Positions 38,934 through 49,601 of a DNA stretch of 64,000 bases are shown here, piece after piece. This DNA comes from an uncultured candidate division Zixibacteria bacterium. Lineage in GTDB: Bacteria > Zixibacteria > MSB-5A5 > RBG-16-43-9. Position 1 is the first letter of the stretch, and each line of letters opens with the position of its first letter. Under the pieces are notes generated by a model. It was not told the DNA's origin and searched no databases. It saw nothing but the letters and a program-made list of their open reading frames with translations. The stretch covers positions 448,001 through 512,000 of the forward strand of contig OY970208.1 of NCBI GenBank assembly GCA_963713865.1, read 5' to 3'. Both the position numbers and the translations under genes were made by a program.

Positions 38934-40496
38934 TTAGTTTCCCGGTGAAAACCTCTTTAAAATTTCTAAGAACTTGCTGAATACCTTATCCAGATCAAAA
39001 GGCAGTTTTACAATATATCTTGAAGCCAGGTCAAAATCAAGTTTTTCCAAGCCCCGGATAAAAGTCAAGAAAATCGGATAGAAGATGACTCCCAGCAATA
39101 TGCAGATTAGAAGTCCATAAACTCCGGGTAAAAACGAAGAGAGGAAGTAAACTAAAATTCCCATTAAGACCGAGGCTAAAATAATCTTCAGGATTGGAAT
39201 TAGCGGAAATTTTTCTTTTAGAAATATTGCATAAACATAAATGATTATACCTAACCCGAAAAAAGCCTGAGTTGAAAAACTCACCCAGACTGCCCCTAAG
39301 GCTTGATATTTGCGGGTGAGAAAAATATTCAAGATCAATTTCAAAATAACCGCAAGTATATAAAACCTGAGAACCACCTTCTGTTTTTCAAGACTGTAAA
39401 GCATTGAAGATGACGCCTGGGATAATGCTCCAAATGCTCCGGCTGAAAGGATAATCGAAAATATAAGAGAAGAGGGCAGATACTCTGCACCGTAGATACT
39501 GGTAATAATTCTGGAAGAAAGAAAAATCCCGCCAGCACACAAAGGGAAAACTAAAAGGGCTAAATATCTGGTGGAATTATAATGGATACTTAGCAGTCTT
39601 TCTCTTTGAGCACCACCATAGGCTTCAGACATAGTGGGGAGCAATACTCCCGCAAAAGCGCCTGGCAGAAGCAGGATAACCTTATTGGCTAAATTGAAAC
39701 CTAAATTGTAAAAGGCTACCTGCCTTTCGGTACTGAAAGCTCCCAAAAATAATAGCTCGAACCTCTCCCAGAGAAAGGTTTCCAGAATAAGGATAATAAA
39801 AATAGTTTTGCTATAATCTGTCAGTTTGTTTTTCAATTCCAAGGGTAAAACTTCTTTTACAAATGGATATTTTTTTGAATGATAAATATTAAAATAAAGG
39901 AAAAAGCCTGCAAGATTGGAAATAAAGCTGACCCAGAAAAGAGATTCTACTTCTCCTTTAAAAATCATTATCAAAAGGATCAAAAGAAAGGTTAAAGGGG
40001 AGAGGATAAAGGTTAAAAGGGCAATCAGGTCATACCTTAAAAATCCTGAGAAACCCGCCATATAAATAGCTAAAAGCCCCATAGGGATTATCCCTAAAGA
40101 CCCGATTCTCAGATATAGGGAGAGATATGGTTTATGATAAAGATCAGCCAGAAGTGGAGCAAAAATAAATAATAAAATTGTAAGAATTACCCCAGCCCAG
40201 AAGATCCATCTGGAACAATTCCTGAGAATAAGCCCTGCAGATTTATAATCCTTCTTACCTGAATATTCTGATATATATTTTGTCACGGTAGTGGGAAGAC
40301 CTAAATTGACTAAAAACCCAATCATAGTCAGAATCCAGAAAGCTAAGCTGTATTCCCCCAATTTTTCCGGACCCAGTATTCTGGCAACAACGATCGAGGT
40401 TACAAAACCGAAGAAAAGCCCGGTTCCCCTGAAAAAGAAATTGTAAAGGGTGTTTTTTGCTAAAGAAGGAGTGTAAATATTCTGAGGTATTCCCAA
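38934..40496 (-). CDS. Oligosaccharide flippase (Wzx/MOP family)
   Basis: ~14 TM; ARILGPE.LGEYS and NLGL.....KYISE motifs. Confidence 0.88.
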   Translation of the reverse strand: MGIPQNIYTPSLAKNTLYNFFFRGTGLFFGFVTSIVVARILGPEKLGEYSLAFWILTMIGFLVNLGLPTTVTKYISEYSGKKDYKSAGLILRNCSRWIFWAGVILTILLFIFAPLLADLYHKPYLSLYLRIGSLGIIPMGLLAIYMAGFSGFLRYDLIALLTFILSPLTFLLILLIMIFKGEVESLFWVSFISNLAGFFLYFNIYHSKKYPFVKEVLPLELKNKLTDYSKTIFIILILETFLWERFELLFLGAFSTERQVAFYNLGFNLANKVILLLPGAFAGVLLPTMSEAYGGAQRERLLSIHYNSTRYLALLVFPLCAGGIFLSSRIITSIYGAEYLPSSLIFSIILSAGAFGALSQASSSMLYSLEKQKVVLRFYILAVILKLILNIFLTRKYQALGAVWVSFSTQAFFGLGIIIYVYAIFLKEKFPLIPILKIILASVLMGILVYFLSSFLPGVYGLLICILLGVIFYPIFLTFIRGLEKLDFDLASRYIVKLPFDLDKVFSKFLEILKRFSPGN

Positions 40497-40524
40497 ATTC
40501 TATTTACTCCGGAGATCACTTTAT

Positions 40525-41112
40525 CTAACAATTCCTCTCGATCAGATCACAGACTATATGCCCGATGAGAAGATGAACCTCTTGAATCCTCTGGGTCTCA
40601 GGAGAGGGGACGATAATTGAGTAATCAGCAATTCGGCTCATCTCTCCCCCTTTTTTACCTGATAAGGTCAAAGTTATCATTCCGATTTTCCTGGCAGTTC
40701 TTATAGCTAAATTCACATTAGTTGATTCACCCGAAGTGCTTAAAGCCAAAAGACAGTCCCCTTTCTTACCCAAAGCCTCTACCTGTCGTGAAAACACTTT
40801 TTCAAATCCAAAGTCATTTGAGGCTGCAGTCAAGATCGACGGGTTAACTGTCAGGGCAATGGCAGGGAGAGCTCTCCTTTTCGAATCAGAACGTAATCTT
40901 ACCACCAGCTCCCCGGCAATATGCTGGGCATCTGCTGCAGAGCCACCATTCCCGCAGAGTAAGATCTTCCCACCTTTTTTAAAACAATCATTCAAAATCT
41001 CTGTAAGTTTCACAATCTTTTCTGAAAATTTAGATTTAATTTTTTCCTCTAAAGCAATACTCTCCTCAATCTGGGATTGAACCAGTGAAATCTGTTTTGA
41101 ATTTTTTTTCAT
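40525..41112 (-). CDS. gmhA: D-sedoheptulose-7-phosphate isomerase
   Basis: CGNGGSAADAQH, ND.GF..VFSRQV, STSG.S.N and RIQEVH motifs. Confidence 0.95.
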   Translation of the reverse strand: MKKNSKQISLVQSQIEESIALEEKIKSKFSEKIVKLTEILNDCFKKGGKILLCGNGGSAADAQHIAGELVVRLRSDSKRRALPAIALTVNPSILTAASNDFGFEKVFSRQVEALGKKGDCLLALSTSGESTNVNLAIRTARKIGMITLTLSGKKGGEMSRIADYSIIVPSPETQRIQEVHLLIGHIVCDLIERNC

Positions 41113-41119
41113 AGTATCT

Positions 41120-41794
41120 TTAATTCATTGGAGCAGGCATCTTGCCTGTTCTATAGTTGTCAGGCAAGAATGTCTGACCTACCGGTTTTGTATCGGTCTG
41201 CCAAGCATCCTGTCTGTCTTGTGATTTTTTTTCATATAGCATCTCTTCAAAACCACCCCATTGATTTTTATAATTATCATCCGGAACAGATTCAGGGTTT
41301 TCCCGGTCGTATTGCCATTGCAGGGGATTATATAGAATATATTCCCGGATAAGATTTAATTCGTTTTCGTTTCTGACCACATGTTCGTAATAGTTACGTT
41401 GCCAGACAGGTATACCTGGCATATGGCGCATTTCATTAATACGACGTGAGGAAAATGTTTTAAAACCACGAATGATTTCTGAAAGGGGATATTTTGTAGG
41501 GGCAGGTTTCAAACCTGCCCCTACAATAAAAATAATTCCATGAAAATGGTTTGGCATTATTGTAAATACATCTATTCTAATATTGGGATAATATTTTGGC
41601 AAGTCTAACCAAGTTGATTTAACTATTTTGCCGAATTTGCTAAGATTAATCTTTCCATCTAATATTTTCCCCAAAATAGATTTACCTTTATGTATGCAAA
41701 TGGTGATAAAATATGCACCCGGTCTTGAATAATCGAAATCTCTCAACCTGATTGAACGGCGGTGGTGTTTTTCTTTATCTGAAATTTTATCCAT
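41120..41794 (-). CDS. REP-associated tyrosine transposase (RAYT; Y1 HUH, IS200/IS605 superfamily)
   Basis: RRSIRL..FDYS.PGAYFITIC, MPNHFHGI (HUH), WQRNYYEHVVR and YI..NP motifs; flanked by REP hairpins. Confidence 0.92.
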   Translation of the reverse strand: MDKISDKEKHHRRSIRLRDFDYSRPGAYFITICIHKGKSILGKILDGKINLSKFGKIVKSTWLDLPKYYPNIRIDVFTIMPNHFHGIIFIVGAGLKPAPTKYPLSEIIRGFKTFSSRRINEMRHMPGIPVWQRNYYEHVVRNENELNLIREYILYNPLQWQYDRENPESVPDDNYKNQWGGFEEMLYEKKSQDRQDAWQTDTKPVGQTFLPDNYRTGKMPAPMN

Positions 41795-41857
41795 CTATTC
41801 AATACTATGTAGGGTTTGATTTATCAAACCCTATTTGGGGTACGATGAATCGTGTCC

Positions 41858-42598
41858 CTACTTATGTATCGCTCTGGCAAAATCTTTCAAAATCCTATCA
41901 TCTCCCTTTTCTTCTAAGGCATTCCCGATCACCACAAAATTTGCTCCGGCTCTTACCTTAAAATGTGCAGTTTCCGGGTCTCTTATTCCACCACCGATTA
42001 TCAGAGGTATGGTGATAAATTTCTTCACCTCCTTAATCAGAAAATCAGGTACTGAATTTTCTGCTCCGGAGCCTGCATCCATAAAGACAAATTTCATTCC
42101 TAAATATTCTGCAGCAAGAGCGTGTGCACAAGCAATGTCCGGTTTATTTGGAGGCAAGGGGAAGGTATCGGACATAAACTGGACCGAGGTCATCTTTCCG
42201 GATTCGATTAACATATAGCCAGTCGGGATCGGCTCTATACCAAACTCCTTTATCACCGGTGCGGCTTTTACCTGTTCGCTGATCAAAAGATTCGGGTTTC
42301 TGCCGCTTATCAGGGATAAGAATAAAACTGCATCCGCATATTTAGAGATCTGGTTGGCATTTCCGGGAAAGATAATAACCGGCAGCTTAACCTTCTCCTT
42401 TATCTTTTTAATCGCTTCATCGAAATGAGTGGATAAAAGTAAGCTTGAGCCGACCAGGATTCCGTCTGCTCCCCCTTTCTCTGCCCGATAAGCTAAATCT
42501 GCAATCCTTTTGGGGTTTAATCTGTCCGGGTCTAACAGGACTAAGAAGCCTGCTTTTTTCTGTCTAATTATCTTTAATAATCTCTGGTAAACTTTCAA
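41858..42598 (-). CDS. Geranylgeranylglyceryl/heptaprenylglyceryl phosphate synthase (PcrB family, group II-like)
   Basis: LLDPD, VGSS, IFPG, SLISGRNP.LLI, TGYMLI.SG, DAGSGA and GGGIR motifs. Start adjusted to TTG 42598 because the upstream in-frame extension begins in a palindromic repeat. Confidence 0.9.
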   Translation of the reverse strand: MKVYQRLLKIIRQKKAGFLVLLDPDRLNPKRIADLAYRAEKGGADGILVGSSLLLSTHFDEAIKKIKEKVKLPVIIFPGNANQISKYADAVLFLSLISGRNPNLLISEQVKAAPVIKEFGIEPIPTGYMLIESGKMTSVQFMSDTFPLPPNKPDIACAHALAAEYLGMKFVFMDAGSGAENSVPDFLIKEVKKFITIPLIIGGGIRDPETAHFKVRAGANFVVIGNALEEKGDDRILKDFARAIHK

Positions 42599-42763
42599 TT
42601 TCCCCTCATCTTGTATATGGAGTTCATCTTCCTTCAGAATACTATTTGTGTCATTCTGAGGGAGCATAAGCGACCGAAGAATCTGTGTAATGATGGGAGA
42701 GATTCTTCACCCCGCATTTTGCGGGGTTCAGAATGACAAATAATACATTTAATATTTACACGG

Positions 42764-45385
42764 TCAATGCACTCCATAAACCATCTTTTTAATTATCTCC
42801 GGGATACTGGATAATGCAAAATCCAATTTGTTTATATCTTTTCCTCCTGCCTGGGCTAAATGGGGTTTTCCTCCACCACTCCCACCGGTAAGTTTTGCCA
42901 CTTCTTTTACGATTTCACCAGCCTTAATCCCCTTTTTAACCAAATCATCTGTCACTACAACCACGAAAGAAATTTTATCTTCTAAGACAGTTGCAAAAAC
43001 TCCAACTGAGGATTTTAGATTTTCCCTGAGCGCATCTGCCAGGTTCAATAAGTATTCTCTGTTCCCCTTTTCATCTTTGTATGATATTATCTTTATACCC
43101 TCTAAGTCAAAGGCATTCTGATATAACTCTTTAATTTTATCCTTGGCACTTACTGCTTCTGCTACTTTTACTTTCTTCTCCATCTCTTTACTGGATTCTA
43201 AAAGCTTAGTCACCTTTGTCCCTAAATCCTCTTTGTTAACCTTGAGGATAGCGGAGAGCTCCTCTAATGTTTTTTCTTCTTTTTTAATCAGCCCATAAGC
43301 ACCTTTACCGGTAACTGCCTCAACCCTTCTCACCCCTGTAGCAATACTACTTTCGGAGATTATCCTGAACAAACCAATTTCTCCTGTGGCTTTGACATGA
43401 GTTCCACCACAAAGCTCTCTTGAATCATCTATCTGAACGACCCTGACTGTATCCTCATATTTCTCCCCGAACAAAGCCATTGCTCCGAGCTTTTTTGCCT
43501 CATTCAAGCTGGTGTTGAAGGTTTTGACTTCTAAGTTCTCCCAGATTTTCTGGTTAACCTTATATTCTATCTTTTCTATTTCCTCCTCAGTTAAATCCTT
43601 AAAATGAGTGAAATCGAACCTGAATCCATCTTGACTTACCAAAGACCCTGCCTGATGAACGTGTTCCCCTAAGGTTTCCCTCAGAGCTTTATGTAAAAGA
43701 TGAGTGGCAGTATGATTTCGCATTGTAGATTTGCGTCTTTCAGAATCTATCTCAGCAAAAACATTTTTACCTATCTGTTTACTAATATCTCCCTTTTTTA
43801 CTTCCCCTAAATGAATGATATGACTTCCCTGCTTAATAACCTGTTTAACCACAAATTCGAAATCTTCATTTTTTATCACACCAGTGTCGGCTATTTGCCC
43901 TCCAGCTAATGCATAGAAAGGTGTTTTATCCAAGACTAACCCTTTACCATCATCAGAAATTAATAAGATTTTAGATTCTTTTGTCGAAAAACTTTCATGT
44001 CCCGTGAAATCAGTTGATGACACAGAAGAAACTATAACTTTAGGAAAACCAAAGGATTCGGAGGAAGGAATGCCAAAAGGTTGTATTTTTGATCTTTCTC
44101 TTTGTTTTTCCAATTCTTTTTTAAAACTTTCCATATCCACAGAAAGATTTTTTTCTTTTGCCATCACCTGAGTAAGATCAATCGGAAAGCCATAAGTGTC
44201 ATAAAGCTTGAAGGCTTCTTCACCAGGGATTACTTTTTCTCCTTTTTTTATTACCTTCTCTGCGACCTCTTCAAAAAGCTCAATACCTGAATCAAGGGTT
44301 TCGCCGAACCTTTCCTCTTCTGATTTTATCACTAGGGAGATATGGTTTTTCTTAGCCTCAAGCTCCGGATAAGCCTTACCCATCAACTTCACCACCACAT
44401 CTGAGAGTTCGGACAAAAAAGGTTTATGTAAATCCAAAGGCCTGCCGTGGCGTGCGGCTCTTCTCAGGATTCGTCTTATGACATAGCCCCTTCCTTCATT
44501 TGAGGGGATGGCACCGTCTGCTATAGCAAAGCTCAAAGCCCGGACATGGTCTGCTATTACCTGAAACGAGTCAGAGTGAGCCGATTTCTTATATTTTTGT
44601 CCGGAGATTTCCTCTGTTTTTTTGATTATGGGTTGAAAAAGGTCAGTATCGTAATTTGAATCTACGTTCTGCAAAAGTGCAGTTAATCTCTCAAAACCCA
44701 TTCCGGTGTCAATGGTTTTGGAAGGTAAATCGGTCAGTTTTCCATTTTCGTCCCTATAATATTGCATAAAGACTAAATTCCAGATCTCGATTACCCTGCC
44801 GCACCCGCAGTTCACTCCGCAGTCAGGCTTGGAACAGGCATATTCTTTTCCCCGGTCATAATGAATCTCCGAGTCGGGTCCGCAGGGACCAACTTCTGCC
44901 ATCTCCCAGAAATTCTCCTTCTCATCAAACCTTAAAACCCTTCCTTTTTTGATATCCGTATTCTCATACCATAATTTCTCGGCCTCATCGTCTTCTATGA
45001 AAACAGTTGCCCAAAGCTTTTCCTTTGGTAGCTTGCACACTTCGGTCAAAAACTCCCAGGCATAGATTATGGCTTCTTTCTTGAAGTAGTCTCCAAAAGA
45101 CCAGTTGCCCAGCATCTCGAAAAAAGTATGGTGATGGGTGTCTTTCCCCACTTCTTCCAGATCGTTGTGTTTTCCTGAGACCCGGATACATTTCTGAGAA
45201 GAGGCAGCTTTTTTGAAATCCTTTTTCTCCAGTCCCAGGATGAGTTTTTTGAACTGGTTCATCCCCGCATTGATGAAAAACAGAGTCGGATCGTCCTGCG
45301 GAATCAAGGAAGAGCTGGGAACGATCTTATGCCCCCTTTCTTCAAAATATTTTAAAAATTTTTCTCTGATCTCCGTACTTTTCAT
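42764..45385 (-). CDS. alaS: Alanine--tRNA ligase
   Basis: NAGMNQFK, HHTFFEMLGN.SFGDYFK, HTATHLLH, ELCGGTH and GGGGKP motifs. Confidence 0.98.
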   Translation of the reverse strand: MKSTEIREKFLKYFEERGHKIVPSSSLIPQDDPTLFFINAGMNQFKKLILGLEKKDFKKAASSQKCIRVSGKHNDLEEVGKDTHHHTFFEMLGNWSFGDYFKKEAIIYAWEFLTEVCKLPKEKLWATVFIEDDEAEKLWYENTDIKKGRVLRFDEKENFWEMAEVGPCGPDSEIHYDRGKEYACSKPDCGVNCGCGRVIEIWNLVFMQYYRDENGKLTDLPSKTIDTGMGFERLTALLQNVDSNYDTDLFQPIIKKTEEISGQKYKKSAHSDSFQVIADHVRALSFAIADGAIPSNEGRGYVIRRILRRAARHGRPLDLHKPFLSELSDVVVKLMGKAYPELEAKKNHISLVIKSEEERFGETLDSGIELFEEVAEKVIKKGEKVIPGEEAFKLYDTYGFPIDLTQVMAKEKNLSVDMESFKKELEKQRERSKIQPFGIPSSESFGFPKVIVSSVSSTDFTGHESFSTKESKILLISDDGKGLVLDKTPFYALAGGQIADTGVIKNEDFEFVVKQVIKQGSHIIHLGEVKKGDISKQIGKNVFAEIDSERRKSTMRNHTATHLLHKALRETLGEHVHQAGSLVSQDGFRFDFTHFKDLTEEEIEKIEYKVNQKIWENLEVKTFNTSLNEAKKLGAMALFGEKYEDTVRVVQIDDSRELCGGTHVKATGEIGLFRIISESSIATGVRRVEAVTGKGAYGLIKKEEKTLEELSAILKVNKEDLGTKVTKLLESSKEMEKKVKVAEAVSAKDKIKELYQNAFDLEGIKIISYKDEKGNREYLLNLADALRENLKSSVGVFATVLEDKISFVVVVTDDLVKKGIKAGEIVKEVAKLTGGSGGGKPHLAQAGGKDINKLDFALSSIPEIIKKMVYGVH

Positions 45386-45455
45386 ATCATTTTAATTAGT
45401 TAAAACTATATTGGAGTATAAACCCTTAGGTTTATAAAAAGGTAAAGCTAAAGTT

Positions 45456-46112
45456 TTACACTCCAGCATTTTCTTCTGAAACCTCCACATCTTCTATTTT
45501 TAATACCTCTTTAACAATCTCATACGAAAAACCTCTTCTTAATAAGAAACTCATCATTCTTCTTTTAGCAACATTTTTATTCAGGTTTTCATATCTTTTC
45601 TTTCTTTTCTCTAAAAGCTTTTTAGCTAAATTTAACTCCTCGTCTTCGTCTTCAAAATAATCCTTCAGGACTTTTTCGATAATCTCTTCTTTTATCCCTT
45701 TTTTCCACAACTCCTGTTTCAAAAGGGTCCTACCACGAGGTTTATTCGAGATCCTATCTCTTATCCAGGCAGAGGTAAATTCATAGTCGTCGAGCAGATT
45801 TACCCTTTTTAAATCTCCTATCACCTCATCAATTATATCCCGTGCGAACTCTTTTTTCTTTAGCTTATCCCTGACCTCTTTTTCGCTTCTCATCCGGTAA
45901 GATAAGAATTTCAGTGCTGCATCTTTCGACTCTTTTTTTACCTCAGACTTAAGTATCTGGTCAATTTCCTTCTGGTTAAGCTCCTCCCCAATTTTTAACC
46001 CATATTTATATAAAACCTCTTCATCCAGACCAAAGGCAAACTCTCCATCTAAAAAAATTGATCTTCTTTTAGGGTTTTTCTTCTGGGGTTCTATTTTGGT
46101 TATGCGTGGCAT
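45456..46112 (-). CDS. recX: Regulatory protein RecX
   Basis: LSYR.RSEKEV, EL.KKGI and FLLRRGF motifs; downstream of recA. Confidence 0.92.
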   Translation of the reverse strand: MPRITKIEPQKKNPKRRSIFLDGEFAFGLDEEVLYKYGLKIGEELNQKEIDQILKSEVKKESKDAALKFLSYRMRSEKEVRDKLKKKEFARDIIDEVIGDLKRVNLLDDYEFTSAWIRDRISNKPRGRTLLKQELWKKGIKEEIIEKVLKDYFEDEDEELNLAKKLLEKRKKRYENLNKNVAKRRMMSFLLRRGFSYEIVKEVLKIEDVEVSEENAGV

Positions 46113-46140
46113 CCTGAAAAGGTTTAAAGATAATCCACTC

Positions 46141-47196
46141 CTATTTCCCTTTATGTTTTACGATCTCCTCCGGTTCTTTTTCTTCTGCTTTTGTTTTAAG
46201 ATTCAGCTCTTTCTTTAGATCCTGTTCTATCTTCTCTGCAATATCCGGATTATCCTTCAAGAGCTGTTTGGCATTATCCCTTCCCTGACCCAATCTTTCG
46301 TCTTTATAAGATAGCCAGGTCCCGCTTTTCTCTAAGACTTTATGTTCTACACCCAAATCGATCAGCTCCCCTTCCCTGGAGATACCTTTCCCGTAGATTA
46401 TATCAAACTCTGCCTCTTTAAAAGGAGGGGCAACTTTATTTTTTACTACCCGGACTCTGGTTCTGGAGCCGGTTATATTTTCTCCTTCTTTTATGGAGGC
46501 GATCTTCCTTATATCCAGCCTGATTGAGGAATAAAATTTCAAGGCGATTCCGCCAGTGGTAGTTTCCGGGTTTCCGAACATAACCCCGATCTTCATCCTG
46601 ATCTGGTTTATAAAGATCACACAGGTTCTGGATTTACTTATTGTTCCGGTAAGTTTCCTCAAAGCCTGGGACATAAGCCTTGCTTGAAGTCCCATGTGCG
46701 AATCTCCCATCTCCCCTTCAATTTCTGCTTTGGGGACTAGTGCGGCAACTGAGTCAATGACGATTATATCGACAGCTCCGCTTCTAACCAAAGTCTCAGT
46801 GATCTCTAAGGATTGTTCTCCGGTATCAGGCTGGGAGATTAAAAGATTATCTATATCCACACCTAAGGCTTTGGCATAATTCGGATCTAAAGCATGTTCT
46901 GCATCTACAAAAGCGGCAACCCCTCCTGCTTTCTGAGCCTCTGATAGGATATGCAGAGCTAAAGTAGTCTTGCCAGATGCTTCTGGACCGAAAATTTCTA
47001 CCACTCTCCCTCGTGGAACACCTCCAACACCTAAGGCAGAATCTAAGGTAATCGAACCGGTGGAAATCACCGGAATAGATATCCCCAAGCTCTCACTTCC
47101 CAATCTCATTATGGAGCCTTTGCCAAACTGCCTTTCTATCTGGGTAACGGCCTGGTCCAGTGCTTTTTTCTTCTCATCTGATTGATGCATGGTCAT
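46141..47196 (-). CDS. recA: Recombinase RecA
   Basis: [27 protein letters not shown] and KNKVAPPF motifs. Confidence 0.98.
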   Translation of the reverse strand: MTMHQSDEKKKALDQAVTQIERQFGKGSIMRLGSESLGISIPVISTGSITLDSALGVGGVPRGRVVEIFGPEASGKTTLALHILSEAQKAGGVAAFVDAEHALDPNYAKALGVDIDNLLISQPDTGEQSLEITETLVRSGAVDIIVIDSVAALVPKAEIEGEMGDSHMGLQARLMSQALRKLTGTISKSRTCVIFINQIRMKIGVMFGNPETTTGGIALKFYSSIRLDIRKIASIKEGENITGSRTRVRVVKNKVAPPFKEAEFDIIYGKGISREGELIDLGVEHKVLEKSGTWLSYKDERLGQGRDNAKQLLKDNPDIAEKIEQDLKKELNLKTKAEEKEPEEIVKHKGK

Positions 47197-47216
47197 ATTT
47201 TCCTCACTTTCTAAAT

Positions 47217-47774
47217 TCAAGTAAAAAGATTTATTTTCTTGAGAGGCGTATAGATTGCGCCGGCTGGATAAAGCTCGGATTTCATTACCACCACCTCTTT
47301 GATTTCGATCTCCTCAGTTTGGAAACTTGTGTTTTTGATAAGCTCAGTAAGTTTATCAATATTTTTAGGAGATTTGACCCTGCCAATAGTTAAATGAGGG
47401 GAGAATTCCCTGTCTTCTTTTGGAAAACCTATCTTTCCCATCTCATCTTCAATCTTTTTTTGCAGCAGGGATAATTCCTGTTTTCCTTTATCAACCCCTA
47501 TCCATACCACCCTGGGTCTTTTCATATTCGGGAAACAGCCTAAATCCTTCAAACTTAATTTGAAAACTTTCATTCCTTCTAAAGCTGTTTTTGTCCCTTC
47601 AAAAACCTTTTCGATTTTTTCTACCGGAACCTCTCCTAAGAATTTTAAGGTTGCATGCACGTTTCCTGGCTTTACCCAGGATACATCGGTGCTGATCCTC
47701 TTAAGAGGATTCTGCAGTTCCTCGATTTTTTTCTTCAGGTCTGCTATAAGCTCAACTGCTACAAAGGTACGCAT
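47217..47774 (-). CDS. thpR: RNA 2',3'-cyclic phosphodiesterase (2H family)
   Basis: HATLKFLG and PHLTIGR motifs. Start adjusted to MRTFVAV; the upstream 'MQYAPT' derives from a REP. Confidence 0.92.
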   Translation of the reverse strand: MRTFVAVELIADLKKKIEELQNPLKRISTDVSWVKPGNVHATLKFLGEVPVEKIEKVFEGTKTALEGMKVFKLSLKDLGCFPNMKRPRVVWIGVDKGKQELSLLQKKIEDEMGKIGFPKEDREFSPHLTIGRVKSPKNIDKLTELIKNTSFQTEEIEIKEVVVMKSELYPAGAIYTPLKKINLFT

Positions 47775-47878
47775 TTTATTTAACCTTTGAAATGCATTGA
47801 CCGAGCCAATGCTTTTATCCTCTATGGTGGTTCCTTTTGTAGGGGCGTATTGCAATACCCCCTACTGCTCTAAAATTT

Positions 47879-49114
47879 TTATTTTAACATAAAAAGTCTC
47901 ACTAAATTCAAAGCCGCCTGGGCGGTTCTCTCTCTTATCGCCTGTCTATCTCCTCCGAAAACGAATTTTTTAGCAAAGGAATCGTTCTCGTGAGCAAACC
48001 CGACATAAACCAAGCCAACCGGTTTTTCCTCTGATCCTCCAGTAGGTCCTGCAATGCCGGTGGCAGATAGACCATAATCAGTATTTGAGATTTTCTTTAC
48101 CCCTTCTGCCATTAAGATTGCCACCTGCTCGCTAACTGCGCCGTATTTTTCTATGATCTCTTTTGGAATCTTTAAAAGCTCGATTTTAGCTTCATTGGTA
48201 TAGGCTATCACACCGCTTATGAAATAGTTTGAGCTTCCGGAAATATTGGTGAGTTTTGTTCCGATTAACCCTCCAGTGCAGGATTCAGCTAGTGAGATGG
48301 TCTTCTTCCTACTCTGGAGTGATTTTCCTAGAACTTCTTCTAAGGTCTCCTGGTCTATTCCGTAAATATATTCATTCAAAATTTCCCTGACCCTTTGCTC
48401 TATATCCAAAATATTTTTATGGGCTAACTCTTCGGTCTCAGATGTGATTCTCAGTTTGAGGTCTACTCCGGAAAAACCTGGTAAAAAACCGATTCTTACC
48501 GGGCTTTTAAGTTTTAAAATCGGCTCTATTTTTTCATATATAGCTGACTCAACTATGCCCGTGGTTCTTAAGACCTTTTGCAGGGTGAATTTCTTAGTGG
48601 ATTTTGATTTCAAAAAAGGTAAAATCTCGTTTTCAAAAATAGTCTTCATCTCCAGAGGGACACCGGGAAGAGCAAAGAACAGCTTTTTCCCTTCCTGGAT
48701 AAATATCCCTGGAGCCGAGCCATACTGGTTAGACAGAGCCTTTGCTCCCTGTGGTAGAAGGGCTTGATTCTGGTTGATCTTGGGCATCTCGATCCCCCTT
48801 TTCTTGAACCCTTCCTCCACTTTCTTTAAGATATCCTCGTGAAAGACCAGATTCCTTTTGAAAGCTTTGACTATACCTTTTTTAGACAGGTCATCATTGG
48901 TTGGTCCAAGACCCCCGGTAGCGATAACCAGATCCACCCTTTCCAGGCTAAGTTTGATAGCCTCGATTATCCTTTTTAAATCATCACCCACTGAAGTCTT
49001 AAAAGCCACCTCAATCCCCAGGCCAGAAAGTCTATCTCCAAGGAAGGCTGAGTTGGAATCTAATATCTCTCCGTGGATTATCTCATCTCCAATCGTAATT
49101 ATCTCTGCTTTCAT
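47879..49114 (-). CDS. cinA: Competence/damage-inducible protein CinA (MoCF domain plus NMN deamidase)
   Basis: IGDEI..G...DSN, GGLGPT.DD, AESCTGG and TGIAGP motifs. Confidence 0.95.
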   Translation of the reverse strand: MKAEIITIGDEIIHGEILDSNSAFLGDRLSGLGIEVAFKTSVGDDLKRIIEAIKLSLERVDLVIATGGLGPTNDDLSKKGIVKAFKRNLVFHEDILKKVEEGFKKRGIEMPKINQNQALLPQGAKALSNQYGSAPGIFIQEGKKLFFALPGVPLEMKTIFENEILPFLKSKSTKKFTLQKVLRTTGIVESAIYEKIEPILKLKSPVRIGFLPGFSGVDLKLRITSETEELAHKNILDIEQRVREILNEYIYGIDQETLEEVLGKSLQSRKKTISLAESCTGGLIGTKLTNISGSSNYFISGVIAYTNEAKIELLKIPKEIIEKYGAVSEQVAILMAEGVKKISNTDYGLSATGIAGPTGGSEEKPVGLVYVGFAHENDSFAKKFVFGGDRQAIRERTAQAALNLVRLFMLK

Positions 49115-49601
49115 AGCTTTAAAATCCTCGCGTAGATTAAAACATGCATAATGATGTTAGTATAAATCCCGGCTACAACATCATCTAAGGTTACCCCTAA
49201 ACCACCTTTAAGTTTTTGACAGGCATTAGCTGGAGGTGGTTTTATAATATCCAATAACCTGAAAATTACAAAAGCTAATATATATAAAAAAGTTCTTTTT
49301 GGCAAAAACAAAAAAGAAATTAACATCCCACAGCTTTCGTCGATTACTATCCTTCGATCATCCTCCCCGAAAAATCTTTCCACCTCAGTTGCAGACCATA
49401 AACTGATAATGAAAACTATAAGAGTGATCCGCCTAAAAGATAAAAGTTCTCAGGTATAAAAAACCAAACCAGGATGAGGGTTAGAAGGCTTCCCCAGGTT
49501 CCGGGGAATGGTGGTAAATATCCTGCCCCCAAAAGAGTGGCAAGGAGAACCTGGATTCGCCGAATTAGACCCAGGCGGATTTTAAGTTTGTCCGACTCTA
49601 T
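49111..49601 (-). CDS. pgpA: Phosphatidylglycerophosphatase A, split by a 1-nt frameshift near 49429
   Basis: GAGYLPPFPGTWGS in one frame; IVIDE, FRLLDIIKP and GV.LDD in the other. Start uncertain. Confidence 0.85.
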
